Assembly (NCBI GenBank): GCA_964527995.1
Contig: CAZGRP010000023.1
Span: forward strand, 624-64,623
Source of the DNA: an uncultured Cytophagia bacterium
Lineage (GTDB): Bacteria > Zhuqueibacterota > Zhuqueibacteria > Oceanimicrobiales > CAZGRP01
Length of the DNA stretch: 64,000 bases
Direction: 5' to 3'
The notes below the pieces were generated by a model. That model saw only the letters and a program-made list of their open reading frames with translations. It ran no database searches and was not told the origin of the DNA. A program made the translations under genes and the position numbers. Each line of letters starts with the position of its first letter. The stretch's first letter is position 1. Of the stretch, positions 39,065 to 48,916 are shown one piece after another.

Positions 39065-39646
39065 TTACTGGCGCTCTTTCCGCTCTCCTCGAATGACTTT
39101 TGCCTTGAACCCCAGCTTTTCGACAGCCTTCACGAGCTTCTGTTCATCCATTTTGTCGTCCGAGCAGGCGAGCGTGGCGACTCCGGCCTTCGCATCCACG
39201 CTCACATCGGATACACAGTCGAACTCAGACAGAGCCTTCTGCACCCGAGACACACAACTATCGCAAGCCATGCCCTTGATTTGCAGAGAGATCTCCCGTG
39301 CTTTCTGGATTGCCTTGCCGTTGGTGACAGGCGGAGCCTGTCCTTCGATGGTGATCTTGCGCAGCGTGAACCCAGCTTCTTTTACTTTCTTTTCGAGCAG
39401 GGCTTTATCGATTTTGGCATCCTCCTTGAAATAGAGGATCACAAGGCCATCGTTGAGCTTGATGTCCAACTTGTCGATGCCCTCCACTCGTTTCAGCTTT
39501 TTCTCCAAGCCGTAGGCACAGAAGGGACACGCCAAGCCATCCACCCTCAAGGTAACTTTCCTGTGCTGGCCCGAAAGGGCGAAGGCCTCCGTGAACGCTG
39601 CGGCCAGCAGAAGTGAGGCGACCAGCCACGCACTGAATCTTCTCAT
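39065..39646 (-). CDS. Exported protein with two HMA domains
   Basis: GGAGG RBS, signal peptide, VDGLACPFCAYG and GMACDSC. Confidence 0.88.
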   Translation of the reverse strand: MRRFSAWLVASLLLAAAFTEAFALSGQHRKVTLRVDGLACPFCAYGLEKKLKRVEGIDKLDIKLNDGLVILYFKEDAKIDKALLEKKVKEAGFTLRKITIEGQAPPVTNGKAIQKAREISLQIKGMACDSCVSRVQKALSEFDCVSDVSVDAKAGVATLACSDDKMDEQKLVKAVEKLGFKAKVIRGERKERQ

Positions 39647-39670
39647 GACATACCTCCGTTCGAAAGGGTT

Positions 39671-40492
39671 CTATCTGAAGGGCGGCATGTGGAATTCGAC
39701 CGCGAGAACGTACTCAGGGTCAGGCTTATCCTGAATTCCGTTGAGACGGTCGACCACGGATATCTTTACACCGCCCTTGAGCATGATGTTGCGATAGCTG
39801 AAGAAGAATCCCGGTGCAACACTCAGTGTGAAGCCTCCGGAGTCGGGATCGGGACGATCCTGGATGGTATTCCTGCTTGCCACTTCGCCGAGCACCTCCA
39901 GGAGGAAGACCGCGTCGGGCTGCAAGTACTCCAGCTTCCACGGCCGGATGCCGTAGGCGGCGTCTATGTTTAAGATGTTGCCCCGGTTCACCTGGTTGCT
40001 GGTGCCATTGACCAGGTAGCGCGCGTCCGCAAAGGCGTAGTGCCGGCGCGACTCACGACCGAATGAAAGGCCGACGAAGTAATCTGTGGTCCCGCTTCCG
40101 CGGCGCGCCGACTGGCTTCCCGTCGGCAATTTGACACCCCAATGAAAGGCGAGCGCAGTGCTGGCGTTCCGGACGTCGTGGCGGAGGAAGCGCCGCTTGC
40201 CTCGAATGATGAGGTCGCCCAAGCCGGCGCGCCTTCCGGCGGTGGAAAACACGTACGGGAGGGAGGCCGTCATGGCAAGATCGGGGGTGAGGCCGTAGAT
40301 CAGTTCGTAGCGATTCGACCAGCCGCCGTTCTGGCGCTCCAGCTCGGATTCCAGTGCCCAGGCGTACTGGCCGACGGTATGAGGCCCCAGACCAAAGAGG
40401 GGCTCGTGCGCCCGGGCTCTTTCAGAGGATACAGCAAAAGCAATGGCTGCCGACATCCAGACGACCAGGACGGCATCGATTCGCTTTGGCAT
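39671..40492 (-). CDS. Outer-membrane barrel transporter (paralog of 35028..35930)
   Basis: Signal peptide with mature start HEPLFG; GLGDL, KLPTGS...GSGTTD and VAPGF. An alternative start exists at 40522. Confidence 0.72.
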   Translation of the reverse strand: MPKRIDAVLVVWMSAAIAFAVSSERARAHEPLFGLGPHTVGQYAWALESELERQNGGWSNRYELIYGLTPDLAMTASLPYVFSTAGRRAGLGDLIIRGKRRFLRHDVRNASTALAFHWGVKLPTGSQSARRGSGTTDYFVGLSFGRESRRHYAFADARYLVNGTSNQVNRGNILNIDAAYGIRPWKLEYLQPDAVFLLEVLGEVASRNTIQDRPDPDSGGFTLSVAPGFFFSYRNIMLKGGVKISVVDRLNGIQDKPDPEYVLAVEFHMPPFR

Positions 40493-40525
40493 CTTCTCGT
40501 TCCTTTTTCGGTTACGTTCCATGTG

Positions 40526-41407
40526 TCAAGTCCCTTTCGCCAGCCGGAATCGAACCCAATAGCCAATGGAGCCGCCGATCACCGAACCCACCAGTGCGCC
40601 GCCGAACCATCCTACAAGCGTGCCCAGCGCAAAGGGAGCGCACTGCAGGAAAATACTCGGTGCCAGCAGCAGTACGAACACGCCACCAGCCATGGAACCG
40701 CGAAGCAAGGGGCCTGGCGCGCGCCTGGTTGCGCTGAGGTAGGAGGCGATACCCATGGGGATCATGGCGTACAATCCTCCGAACACGAAGAAGGAGCCCG
40801 CCACGGAGAGTCTCTCAATGAACGGCTGTGTGAGCCGGTAGTTGCTGCAGAAGCGCAGGGAACTTGGCAGAGGGCTGATGGCTGTGAGCAGGAAGAAGAT
40901 CCCTACGGCAACAAGCGACGCCTGCGCCATGAACTTCCACGACGCAATACCTTTCTTCGTACCCAGCATGAAGAGGTAGAAGACCACCCCGTAGAGCGCC
41001 GTCCACAATGCCCCTGCCGTCGTCAAAGCAAGATGCGAGACGTTCTCGAGGTTCAGGCGGGAGGACAAAATGACACCTGACGCAATCGCCGTAGCCAGCC
41101 CCATGCCGAAGGGAACCAGAGGCTCCAGGATGGAACCCAATCGCTTCAACTCCGCCACAAAGCTTTGCTTCCTGGCCTCCTGCGCCGCCGAATGCGCCTG
41201 CTCGGACAGGCTCGCGCCAAGAAAAGCGGGGGAGGCCTCCTCGTGCCACTGGTCAAGCACCTGCCAGACACCGCGCAGTTGTCCAAGCTCGGCGGCACAC
41301 CGGGCGCAATGCTCGAGGTGATCTTCCATCGACGCTTTTGTTCTCTCATGGAGACCGCCTGCCAGATAGGCGGGCATTTCTTTTTGCGTCTGCTCACACG
41401 TCATCAT
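40526..41407 (-). CDS. Zinc-binding (ZAS, zf-HC2) anti-sigma factor with polytopic membrane domain
   Basis: CEQTQ...EDHLEHCARC (HxxxCxxC), followed by about six TM segments with two Cys (FCSNY, LQCAP). Confidence 0.85.
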   Translation of the reverse strand: MMTCEQTQKEMPAYLAGGLHERTKASMEDHLEHCARCAAELGQLRGVWQVLDQWHEEASPAFLGASLSEQAHSAAQEARKQSFVAELKRLGSILEPLVPFGMGLATAIASGVILSSRLNLENVSHLALTTAGALWTALYGVVFYLFMLGTKKGIASWKFMAQASLVAVGIFFLLTAISPLPSSLRFCSNYRLTQPFIERLSVAGSFFVFGGLYAMIPMGIASYLSATRRAPGPLLRGSMAGGVFVLLLAPSIFLQCAPFALGTLVGWFGGALVGSVIGGSIGYWVRFRLAKGT

Positions 41408-41457
41408 GGATCACCTGCATTTCCTGATGTTTTCGGGACGGTCAACATCAGCGGCTT

Positions 41458-42027
41458 CTACAGCAGTTCTCGGCGTAACTGCTTGAGAGCGCGATAGGCA
41501 CTCTGCTTGGCGGCGACCTCCGAAATTCCCAGGACCTCCGCCACTTCTTTGTAACTCAACCCCTGATATTTGGCGAGCAAGATGACCTGACGTTGCTGTT
41601 CCGGAAGGCGACGGATCGCCGCAGCTATGGCCTGTTTCCTGCCGTCTTCCTGCAGCTCCGACTCCGGATCGGCGTGGATCTGATGGGGGGCGGCGGTGAC
41701 AGCGTTGAAATCTTGCGCTTTCACAACACCGGAACGCCGTTTTTTCTGCCGGTACTGATCTCGCAGCAGGTTCATGGCGATGGTGTAGAGCCAACTGGCA
41801 AACGACCTGTCGGGGCGATACCGAAGGCGCGCCTGGATCAGCCGAAGGAACGTTTCCTGAGCCATGTCCTGGGCAAGTTCAACGCTGCCAAGGGAGCGCA
41901 AGAAAAAGTTGTAGATCTTCTGCCCGTACCGCGCAAACAATTCATCGAAAGCGCTGGCCTCACCTGCGGCGTATGCCTGCATCAACTCCTCGTCAGATCT
42001 CGATTTCAAGCCCGCCTGTCTCTCCAC
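41458..42027 (-). CDS. ECF sigma-70 factor
   Basis: SDEELM, AQDMAQETF, FASWLYTIAMN and LSYKEVAEVLG; adjacent to the anti-sigma gene. Confidence 0.93.
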   Translation of the reverse strand: MERQAGLKSRSDEELMQAYAAGEASAFDELFARYGQKIYNFFLRSLGSVELAQDMAQETFLRLIQARLRYRPDRSFASWLYTIAMNLLRDQYRQKKRRSGVVKAQDFNAVTAAPHQIHADPESELQEDGRKQAIAAAIRRLPEQQRQVILLAKYQGLSYKEVAEVLGISEVAAKQSAYRALKQLRRELL

Positions 42028-42410
42028 GTGTAGGGTTCACCATTGCAAACGTCCATGGAAGGAAAAAGTAACGCAGATCTCTCGAATGGATCGCATTCAT
42101 TGTCTGTTGAATGGCCCCGCTGGTACCGCAAGCAGCGAACGAAGGAAGGTGCCTTCTGAGTTCCCGTTGCACGTTCTGCCTTGAAAGAACAGGTCGCGTT
42201 TCCGCAGGAAACTCGCGGCCAAAAGGTAAGGGAAAGTCATTTCGAGACGATACTTAGAGAAGGCAGAGGCCCACATAACTCATCACCGAAACATGGAAAG
42301 ACGAGGCTTCCTGACGGGTTCTGCATGTGGAACGTGAATGCTGCGGAGATTGCCACCATGATGGCCGAACCTGAGGGGTGCCGCTCGAACACCGTGTCGC
42401 CGAGGTTGGA

Positions 42411-43370
42411 ATGTCAGAGTTTCTTGGTTACAACGAGAATCGCGGTGAGTCTCAACACAACGCCCAGATTTGCGGCTCGAAAGGCGCCGCCCAAAACGGA
42501 GAGGAGCTCCAATTGGAAGAGAGCAGATTTCGTAACTTTGTCCGTTCGATCAAGGAGATTCCGACGCTTCCGGCCGTCGCCATCAAGGTGACGGAAGTCT
42601 GCCAGGACGAGTCATCCACTGTCGAGGAACTTGAAGAAGTCATCGCCTCCGATCCATCCATTGCCGCCAGGATCCTGCGCATCGCAAACTCAGCGTTCTT
42701 CGGTTGTGCCAAGAAGGTCGATTCGATCTCGCGAGCCATCATCCTGCTGGGTTTCGACACAGTGAAGAGCCTGGCTCTGAGCACCTCTGTGTTCGACCTG
42801 TTCTCGGGTTCGGCTGAGGCGCGCCTCGACTGGCATCAGTTCTGGCTGCATTCCGTCGCCTGTGGTCGCGGGGCGCAATTGATTGCCGAGGACGCACACG
42901 CCCGCCCCTATCAATCCTCTGCTTTCCTCGCCGGTCTGCTCCACGACATCGGTAAGCTGGTGTTGGATAACTGGTTTCACGAGCCCTATCGCCAGGCTCT
43001 CCTGCTAGCCGCTGAGCGACCCTGCACCCTGGCGGAAGCGGAGAAGCAAACTTTGGGGTTTGACCATTCCACCGCTGGAGCGTGGTTCGCAAAGAGCTGG
43101 GGCCTCCCTGACACCCTTGCCAGGCCGATGGGCCAACACCATTCGATGAAGATCGTCGACCGTTCGCAGGAGTTCCTCGTGGCGGCTGTGCACGTCGGGG
43201 ATGTCATTTGCTGGGAGCTCGAGCTCGGGTCTGGCTGGCAAGCTGCTGTGCCGGAGCTGAACCCGGTTGCCTTGGAGATCCTGGACATGAGCCCAGAACA
43301 ACTCCAGGTCGTGGCACAACGACTCGCGGAGCAGGAGGGCGAGATGCGGGCTTTCCTGACGTTGTTGTGA
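42411..43370 (+). CDS. HDOD domain protein (start uncertain)
   Basis: IPTLPAV, DPSIAARILRIANSAFFG, FWLHSVAC, LLHDIGKL and GFDHSTAG. Confidence 0.9.
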   Translation: MSEFLGYNENRGESQHNAQICGSKGAAQNGEELQLEESRFRNFVRSIKEIPTLPAVAIKVTEVCQDESSTVEELEEVIASDPSIAARILRIANSAFFGCAKKVDSISRAIILLGFDTVKSLALSTSVFDLFSGSAEARLDWHQFWLHSVACGRGAQLIAEDAHARPYQSSAFLAGLLHDIGKLVLDNWFHEPYRQALLLAAERPCTLAEAEKQTLGFDHSTAGAWFAKSWGLPDTLARPMGQHHSMKIVDRSQEFLVAAVHVGDVICWELELGSGWQAAVPELNPVALEILDMSPEQLQVVAQRLAEQEGEMRAFLTLL

Positions 43371-43407
43371 GCCGATGGAAGCTGCACGAAACAAAAAGTG
43401 CAGTCGC

Positions 43408-44835
43408 ATGAGGAACCACACCGACAAGAGCCTTCAGGACGCGCTCAATCGAGCCTTGAGAGAGAGGGACTTGTACAAGTCCTCTCTTTCAAAGGCCAAC
43501 CTCAACTACCAGGAGAAGGTCGAGGAGCTTTCTCTTCTACGCCGGCTCAGCGAGTCCCTTCGCTACATTCCCGACAACAAACGTGTCTGCCAGGCGCTGC
43601 TGGATTCGCTCGCCGAACAGCTCGGAGCCTCGGAGAGCTGCCTGGCTGTGTTCCAGGAGGAATCACGAAAGCCGATCCTGATGGTGGCGACGGGTTCTGC
43701 GCCGTGTCGCCAGCTGGTGCAGCGGGTGGTGCGGCGATGGAACGAGCACTCTCGAAGGATCCGGCAGCGGTCAGCAGGTGCCAAGCGCAATGGCGCGATG
43801 GCGGATACGCTGGGAGGCACTTCCTGGGTGCACTATCTCTGCGAGGACGATAGCCGGGGTTGTCCAGGGCTGTTCATCCCTATCGAGGTGCAGGGCAGCC
43901 TTCTTGGCATCTTCTATTTCGATACACCAGGTTTCGATCGTTTCGATTTTGAGGAAGAACGTATTCTGCCGATCGTTTCGGAGTTGGTGGCTTCGATTCT
44001 GCTGAATGTGCGACTTTACCATGAACTGGCGCAGTACAGCCGCATCCTTGAGAGACGGACAAAGCTGCTGGAGGAGATGAACGAGCGACTGACGCGCACC
44101 CAGGCTCAGCTCGTGCAGTCAGAAAAGTTGGCCGGCATCGGGCTGTTTGCCGGGGGAATCGCCCACGAAATGAACAACCCACTGATGGGCATCACCGGGC
44201 ATCTCGAGCTTCTCATCGAGGAGAGTCAGGATAATCCGGAGCTTTTGGAGCGGCTCGAGGCCGTTCGCAAGCAGGCCGATCGCTGCTCGAAGATCGTACG
44301 TGGTGTGCTGGACTTCGCCCGGTTCACGCCGGATGAATGGGCGGAAGTCGACATCAACAACTCCCTCGAAGAACTCCTGACCCTGATCGAGCCTCAGCTC
44401 CGCTGGCAGCAGATCAAAGTAGTGCGTAGCTTTTCACCGAACCTGCCGTATGTGATGGGGAATCGGAATCGCCTGCAGCAAGTCTTCCTCAACATCATCA
44501 CCAACGCCCAGAAGGCCATGCCGAACGGGGGTGTCCTCAAGATCGAGACTCTTGTTTCTGATGAGCGGCCGCGCCGGGTGATCATTTCCTTCGAAGATTC
44601 CGGCTGCGGCATCCCGGAAGACAATCTTCCCAAGGTATTCGACCCGTTTTTCACCACGGCGGAGGTCGGCAAAGGAACCGGCCTGGGCCTGTCCATCAGC
44701 TTTGGTATTGTCAAAGATCACGCCGGCGACATTCTGGTTGAAAGTGAGCCCGGGCGTGGTGCGAAGTTCCAGGTCGTGCTGCCGGCCGAAGCCCTTGAGA
44801 AACCGGTGGCTGCAAGCTGGGAAGCGCGGCATTGA
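43408..44835 (+). CDS. GAF-containing sensor histidine kinase (start 43375 or 43408)
   Basis: [12 protein letters not shown]...[28 protein letters not shown] and GTGLGL. Confidence 0.92.
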   Translation: MRNHTDKSLQDALNRALRERDLYKSSLSKANLNYQEKVEELSLLRRLSESLRYIPDNKRVCQALLDSLAEQLGASESCLAVFQEESRKPILMVATGSAPCRQLVQRVVRRWNEHSRRIRQRSAGAKRNGAMADTLGGTSWVHYLCEDDSRGCPGLFIPIEVQGSLLGIFYFDTPGFDRFDFEEERILPIVSELVASILLNVRLYHELAQYSRILERRTKLLEEMNERLTRTQAQLVQSEKLAGIGLFAGGIAHEMNNPLMGITGHLELLIEESQDNPELLERLEAVRKQADRCSKIVRGVLDFARFTPDEWAEVDINNSLEELLTLIEPQLRWQQIKVVRSFSPNLPYVMGNRNRLQQVFLNIITNAQKAMPNGGVLKIETLVSDERPRRVIISFEDSGCGIPEDNLPKVFDPFFTTAEVGKGTGLGLSISFGIVKDHAGDILVESEPGRGAKFQVVLPAEALEKPVAASWEARH

Positions 44836-44958
44836 AGCCGCCGCAGCGCGGGGCGGGAGAGAGGTGGTGCCGGTCGTGGGTTGCACTACAGGAGGCGGTT
44901 TCTGCGCGCCGAGCGCCATGTCGCAGGATCACATCCAATCCTTACGCGGGATTGTCTC

Positions 44959-45834
44959 ATGAGTGAGGTTATCAACACAGTAACATCGACCGAGAAGATC
45001 AAGGCCGTTATCCAACGCGTGAATGAATTGCCCACCCTTCCGGTGGTCGCTTTGAAGGTCATGGACATCCTCGAGAACGAAGATGTGTCGCTCTCGGAGC
45101 TCTCCCACATGATCCATGCGGACCAGTCCCTGGCGGCGAAGGTCCTGAAAGTGGTCAACTCGGCTCACTACGGATTTCCAAGGCGAGTCTCGACGATTTC
45201 GCTGGCTGTTGTCATTCTGGGAACCGAGAACGTCAAGAACCTGATCCTGAGCATCTCGATCATGGATCTGGTGACGCGAAGGGTTTACCGGGGGCACATC
45301 GACCGGCGCCGATTGTGGGCTCACCCGCTCTACTGCGCGGCAGCTGCACGTGTGCTCGCCAAGTTACACGACCACGGGCAGCCCGAGGAATGCTTTGTGG
45401 CCGGCTTGGTGCACGACATCGGGAAGATCATCATCGACTGCCACTTTCATGAGGCCTTCGTTCAGATCCAGTCCATGCAGCCGGAAAGTGATTTCGACCT
45501 GCTCGAGGCGGAGCGGCAGCTGGTGGGCATGGACCACAGCGAGATAGGGCGGAGGCTATGCGAGAAGTGGAATTTCCCTCCGCTGCTGAGCCAGGCAGTC
45601 GCTCTTCACCATGATGCCTCGGTCCTTGAGTTCAGGAACTCTCTCCCCGCATTTGTCTATCTCGGAAATCAGATTGCCGAGTACGCGTTGCGCATCGACG
45701 ACTTCTTTGAAGATCAGGACAGGCGCCGCAGCGAGCTGGCGGCGCTGGTGCAGTTCTCGGAGGAGCAACTGGACGCCTTCCTGCAGGAGACCCAGCAGGA
45801 GTTCGACAAAGCGAACGTGTTTCTCGAGCTATGA
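44959..45834 (+). CDS. HDOD domain protein
   Basis: LPTLPVV, DQSLAAKVLKVVNSAHYG, LVHDIGKI and GMDHSEIG. Confidence 0.9.
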   Translation: MSEVINTVTSTEKIKAVIQRVNELPTLPVVALKVMDILENEDVSLSELSHMIHADQSLAAKVLKVVNSAHYGFPRRVSTISLAVVILGTENVKNLILSISIMDLVTRRVYRGHIDRRRLWAHPLYCAAAARVLAKLHDHGQPEECFVAGLVHDIGKIIIDCHFHEAFVQIQSMQPESDFDLLEAERQLVGMDHSEIGRRLCEKWNFPPLLSQAVALHHDASVLEFRNSLPAFVYLGNQIAEYALRIDDFFEDQDRRRSELAALVQFSEEQLDAFLQETQQEFDKANVFLEL

Positions 45835-45858
45835 GACTCTCCCGCTGGTTGCGGGCCG

Positions 45859-46350
45859 TCAAGGGGCGGGCTTGGCCAGCGTGCGGATGAAAGCCACCAG
45901 GTCGTCGATATCACGCTGTTTCAGTGTATGGCCGTAGGCTGGCATCAGGATGGACTTGTTGACGCCCCGGCCTCCCTGTGCGATTACCTCATGTAGAGTC
46001 TGGTCGGAGATGGCGTTCATGTACTCGGTATCTGTCATGTCGTGGGGCCGCGGGTCCAGATTGTAGGAGTTGAAGCCGTCTCCCTGACCGCCGCTGCCGT
46101 GGCATACGGAACAATAGGTCTCGAACAGACGCATTCCCCGGCGCTCCGCATAGGTGTATTTCACGTAGGGATCCTGCTGTGCGACGGTGTCTTGTTGTGC
46201 CTGCGAGGTCATTGCCGATAGCGCCTGCTTGGGTGCCTCAGGCGACTTGCCGCACGAAAAGAGCGTTAGGACGAATAGCAAAGGGAAAATCAGATAGATG
46301 GCCATGCTGTTGAACCTCACTAACGATTGCAACTTCTTGACTCCAGGCAT
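45859..46350 (-). CDS. Monoheme cytochrome c lipoprotein (start 46350 or 46305)
   Basis: Lipobox LFSC, CSVCH heme motif and distal Met in SILMPAY. Confidence 0.88.
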   Translation of the reverse strand: MPGVKKLQSLVRFNSMAIYLIFPLLFVLTLFSCGKSPEAPKQALSAMTSQAQQDTVAQQDPYVKYTYAERRGMRLFETYCSVCHGSGGQGDGFNSYNLDPRPHDMTDTEYMNAISDQTLHEVIAQGGRGVNKSILMPAYGHTLKQRDIDDLVAFIRTLAKPAP

Positions 46351-46436
46351 GATTGCAACTGTGCGTATCTCTCCACCGTGCCGTGAATGTAGCGAGGGCC
46401 GGGGAAGGTGGACTCTGGTTCGCTGTCGCCTCTCCT

Positions 46437-46913
46437 TCAGACGGCCGGCAGGTGAAACTCGATCTCTTTCGCGAGCATGTGCTGCACTTGCATCAGTCGG
46501 GTCCAGATCATTGAAGCCAGGTTGGACATGATCGCGAACCCGAGCTGAGGATCCTGTTCACAGAGCGCCCGGAGTTCTCGCCCGGGAATCTGGAGCAGGG
46601 CGCAATCGGTGGCCGCATAGGCCGACAGCGTCAGCTTGTGGGGTGGCACCAGCGCGGACCATCCTATGAGGTCACCCCGGCCTTTCACTTCCACAAGAAT
46701 TTCCCGCTCGCTCATCATCACCGAGATCGGCTGGCACAGGTTGACGGAACCCGTGCCGACGACATACAGATGTGTGGCATCCTGGCCCTTTTCGAAGATC
46801 CTCTCGTCCTCTTTCACGGTGATGACCTGCGCTAGCGACCAGATGTTGCGTAGAGTTGCGTCTCCCAGCCCTTGGAAGACACTGCAGGCGCCGAGGAGTT
46901 CTTGGTCGAGCAT
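46437..46913 (-). CDS. Stand-alone cyclic-nucleotide-binding domain protein
   Basis: IFEKGQDATHLYVVGTGSV, GDLIGWSAL and SAYAATDC; no HTH. Confidence 0.85.
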   Translation of the reverse strand: MLDQELLGACSVFQGLGDATLRNIWSLAQVITVKEDERIFEKGQDATHLYVVGTGSVNLCQPISVMMSEREILVEVKGRGDLIGWSALVPPHKLTLSAYAATDCALLQIPGRELRALCEQDPQLGFAIMSNLASMIWTRLMQVQHMLAKEIEFHLPAV

Positions 46914-46936
46914 TGTTCTGCTCCTTGTTGAGGGGA

Positions 46937-48910
46937 TCAACCTCCGCCTTTCAGGGTCATCAAATAGGCGGCGACCTTCTTAGCCTCTTCCAACGTCATG
47001 CCTGACTTCGGTTCGATCGTCCCGGGTTTGTACCTTTGAGGATCCAGCAACCAGCGCACGATCCAGCCCGGCTTCAGGCGTTCGCCGCTCCGGTCGAGGA
47101 GCGGGCCGACATATCCGCCTTTCGAGCCGATCTGATGGCAGCTCTGGCAGCCGTACTTCTCCCAGTACAGAACACGGCCCTTCTCGATAGCGTCCGCATC
47201 CCCAAGGGGGATCCCTGGAACGTCGAGGCTGTCGTCCAGCAAGACCGTGTAGAAATAGTTGGCGAGTGTCTTCACTTCGTCCCCGGAGATGAACAAGTTG
47301 GGCATTCTCTCAGCCTGGATCGGCCGAATCGAATACGGTATTCTGAAGTACTCCTCGACCCAGTCACGTTGTAGCTGGCTGCCGACCCGCGTCAGGTCCG
47401 GGGCGATGTTGCCACCGGCTCCGTTGATTGAATGGCAGGCCAGGCAACTGTACTTGCGGAAAACCTGGCCTACGCGGCCCTGCGGTTTGAAGACCGGCTC
47501 GGGCTCACGTGGAACGACGTATTTGGGCGGAAGCTGATCATCCCTCTGAGCGAGCAACGCTGTCGTGATTGCCTGGATTTCGTCCTCAGAAAGATGATAC
47601 TGCGGCATGCGCAGCGTTTCCCGGAAGATCCGCGGAGTTCTCAGCTTTGTGGAAATGAAATCATAGAGCGTGTGTGGAATGCTGCTCTTGCCGAAGTCGA
47701 TCTCATAGATCTTCTTGCTGCCGACTCTAGTCAGCTCTGGTCCCAGGTTCTTCGTAACCTTGGGGTCGTTCAGCTTGTGGCAGCCGGCGCAGTTGTTTTG
47801 GTTGAAAAGAAGCAGGCCCCGCTCGTAGAAATTTGGCACAGGTTGATGCTGCACTGTATCCGGTGGAGCATCCCAGTCGATGAACTCGCTGGTGATGTAG
47901 GCCGTGAGGGCGGCAAGGTCTGTGTCACTAAAGCCGAACTGTGGCATCTCGACCCCTGGCATGAAACGCTTGGGGTTCTTGACGAAGTTGTAGATCCAGG
48001 CCGGACTGGCTTTGGAAGCCACCTTGCCAAGATCCGGCGCCAGGCGGCCACCACGCCCCTCCACGGCGTGGCAACTGATGCAGCGCGCTTCGCGGAACCG
48101 TGTTTTTCCTCGATCGATAAAGTCGGGGTCCTCCGAACGTTGCTTGTAGACCTCCGGCAGGGGATCCAGACGAGCGCCGTTGGGAAACCGCTTGAAGCTC
48201 ATCAAGAAGTCGGCCAGGACGTTGGCCTCCTCGTCGCCGAGATGGAAGGTCGGCATCTTCGTTTTCGGCCGGAATTGGGCGGGGTCTTTGAGCCAACCCA
48301 CCAGCCACGATCGCTTCACTTTGCTGCCGATGCCGTCCAGGTCAGGTGTAAACGATTTTGTGAAGCCGTCGAGGTTGTGGCAGGCGACACAATTGTACTC
48401 CTTGATCAGTTCTCGCCCGCGCGTGAGCACAGGCGCGTCGGGGACTTTCCGTTGCTGGTGGCAGGTTCCGCACGACGACTCCAGAAAGCGTTTCGGCAAG
48501 ATCGGTTCGTCCCAGAACGGTGTCGGTAAGTGGGCGTCGGCAAACTCGGTCGACCGTCCCTGGCCTTGATGGCAGGCGGTGCAGCCAAAGTTCTCGATGT
48601 TGTGATCGACAGTTGGATGAGTGCGAAAGGGCTCTGGGGCGTCGACCAGGCTTTTCTCCCGGAGTCCCAAATGGCAGGTGACACAACGGTCGACGCGATC
48701 CAGGTCCTTGATCCAAATCTGCTTTAGCCCCATTCGAACCGGCTTGATACGTACCGGTTGTTGCTCGACGAATTTATTGTACTCCTTCTGGTACTTGCGC
48801 CACTCGCGGAAGACATCCTTCAAGGGCGAAACCGCCAGTACGAAAAGAAAGAGCAGACTTGTGATCGCATAGATCGTTTTGAGCTTACCAAGTCCAGTCG
48901 AATTTCTCAT
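46937..48910 (-). CDS. Membrane-anchored octaheme cytochrome c
   Basis: N-terminal TM helix and eight CxxCH motifs (CVTCH, CTACH, CGTCH, CVACH, CISCH, CAGCH, CLACH, CQSCH). Confidence 0.92.
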   Translation of the reverse strand: MRNSTGLGKLKTIYAITSLLFLFVLAVSPLKDVFREWRKYQKEYNKFVEQQPVRIKPVRMGLKQIWIKDLDRVDRCVTCHLGLREKSLVDAPEPFRTHPTVDHNIENFGCTACHQGQGRSTEFADAHLPTPFWDEPILPKRFLESSCGTCHQQRKVPDAPVLTRGRELIKEYNCVACHNLDGFTKSFTPDLDGIGSKVKRSWLVGWLKDPAQFRPKTKMPTFHLGDEEANVLADFLMSFKRFPNGARLDPLPEVYKQRSEDPDFIDRGKTRFREARCISCHAVEGRGGRLAPDLGKVASKASPAWIYNFVKNPKRFMPGVEMPQFGFSDTDLAALTAYITSEFIDWDAPPDTVQHQPVPNFYERGLLLFNQNNCAGCHKLNDPKVTKNLGPELTRVGSKKIYEIDFGKSSIPHTLYDFISTKLRTPRIFRETLRMPQYHLSEDEIQAITTALLAQRDDQLPPKYVVPREPEPVFKPQGRVGQVFRKYSCLACHSINGAGGNIAPDLTRVGSQLQRDWVEEYFRIPYSIRPIQAERMPNLFISGDEVKTLANYFYTVLLDDSLDVPGIPLGDADAIEKGRVLYWEKYGCQSCHQIGSKGGYVGPLLDRSGERLKPGWIVRWLLDPQRYKPGTIEPKSGMTLEEAKKVAAYLMTLKGGG

Positions 48911-48916
48911 GATCGC

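Noticed and set aside
38537-39646. Classical mer (mercury resistance) operon
   Set aside because: MerT/MerP-like parts are present, but there is no merA, merB or merR in the window.
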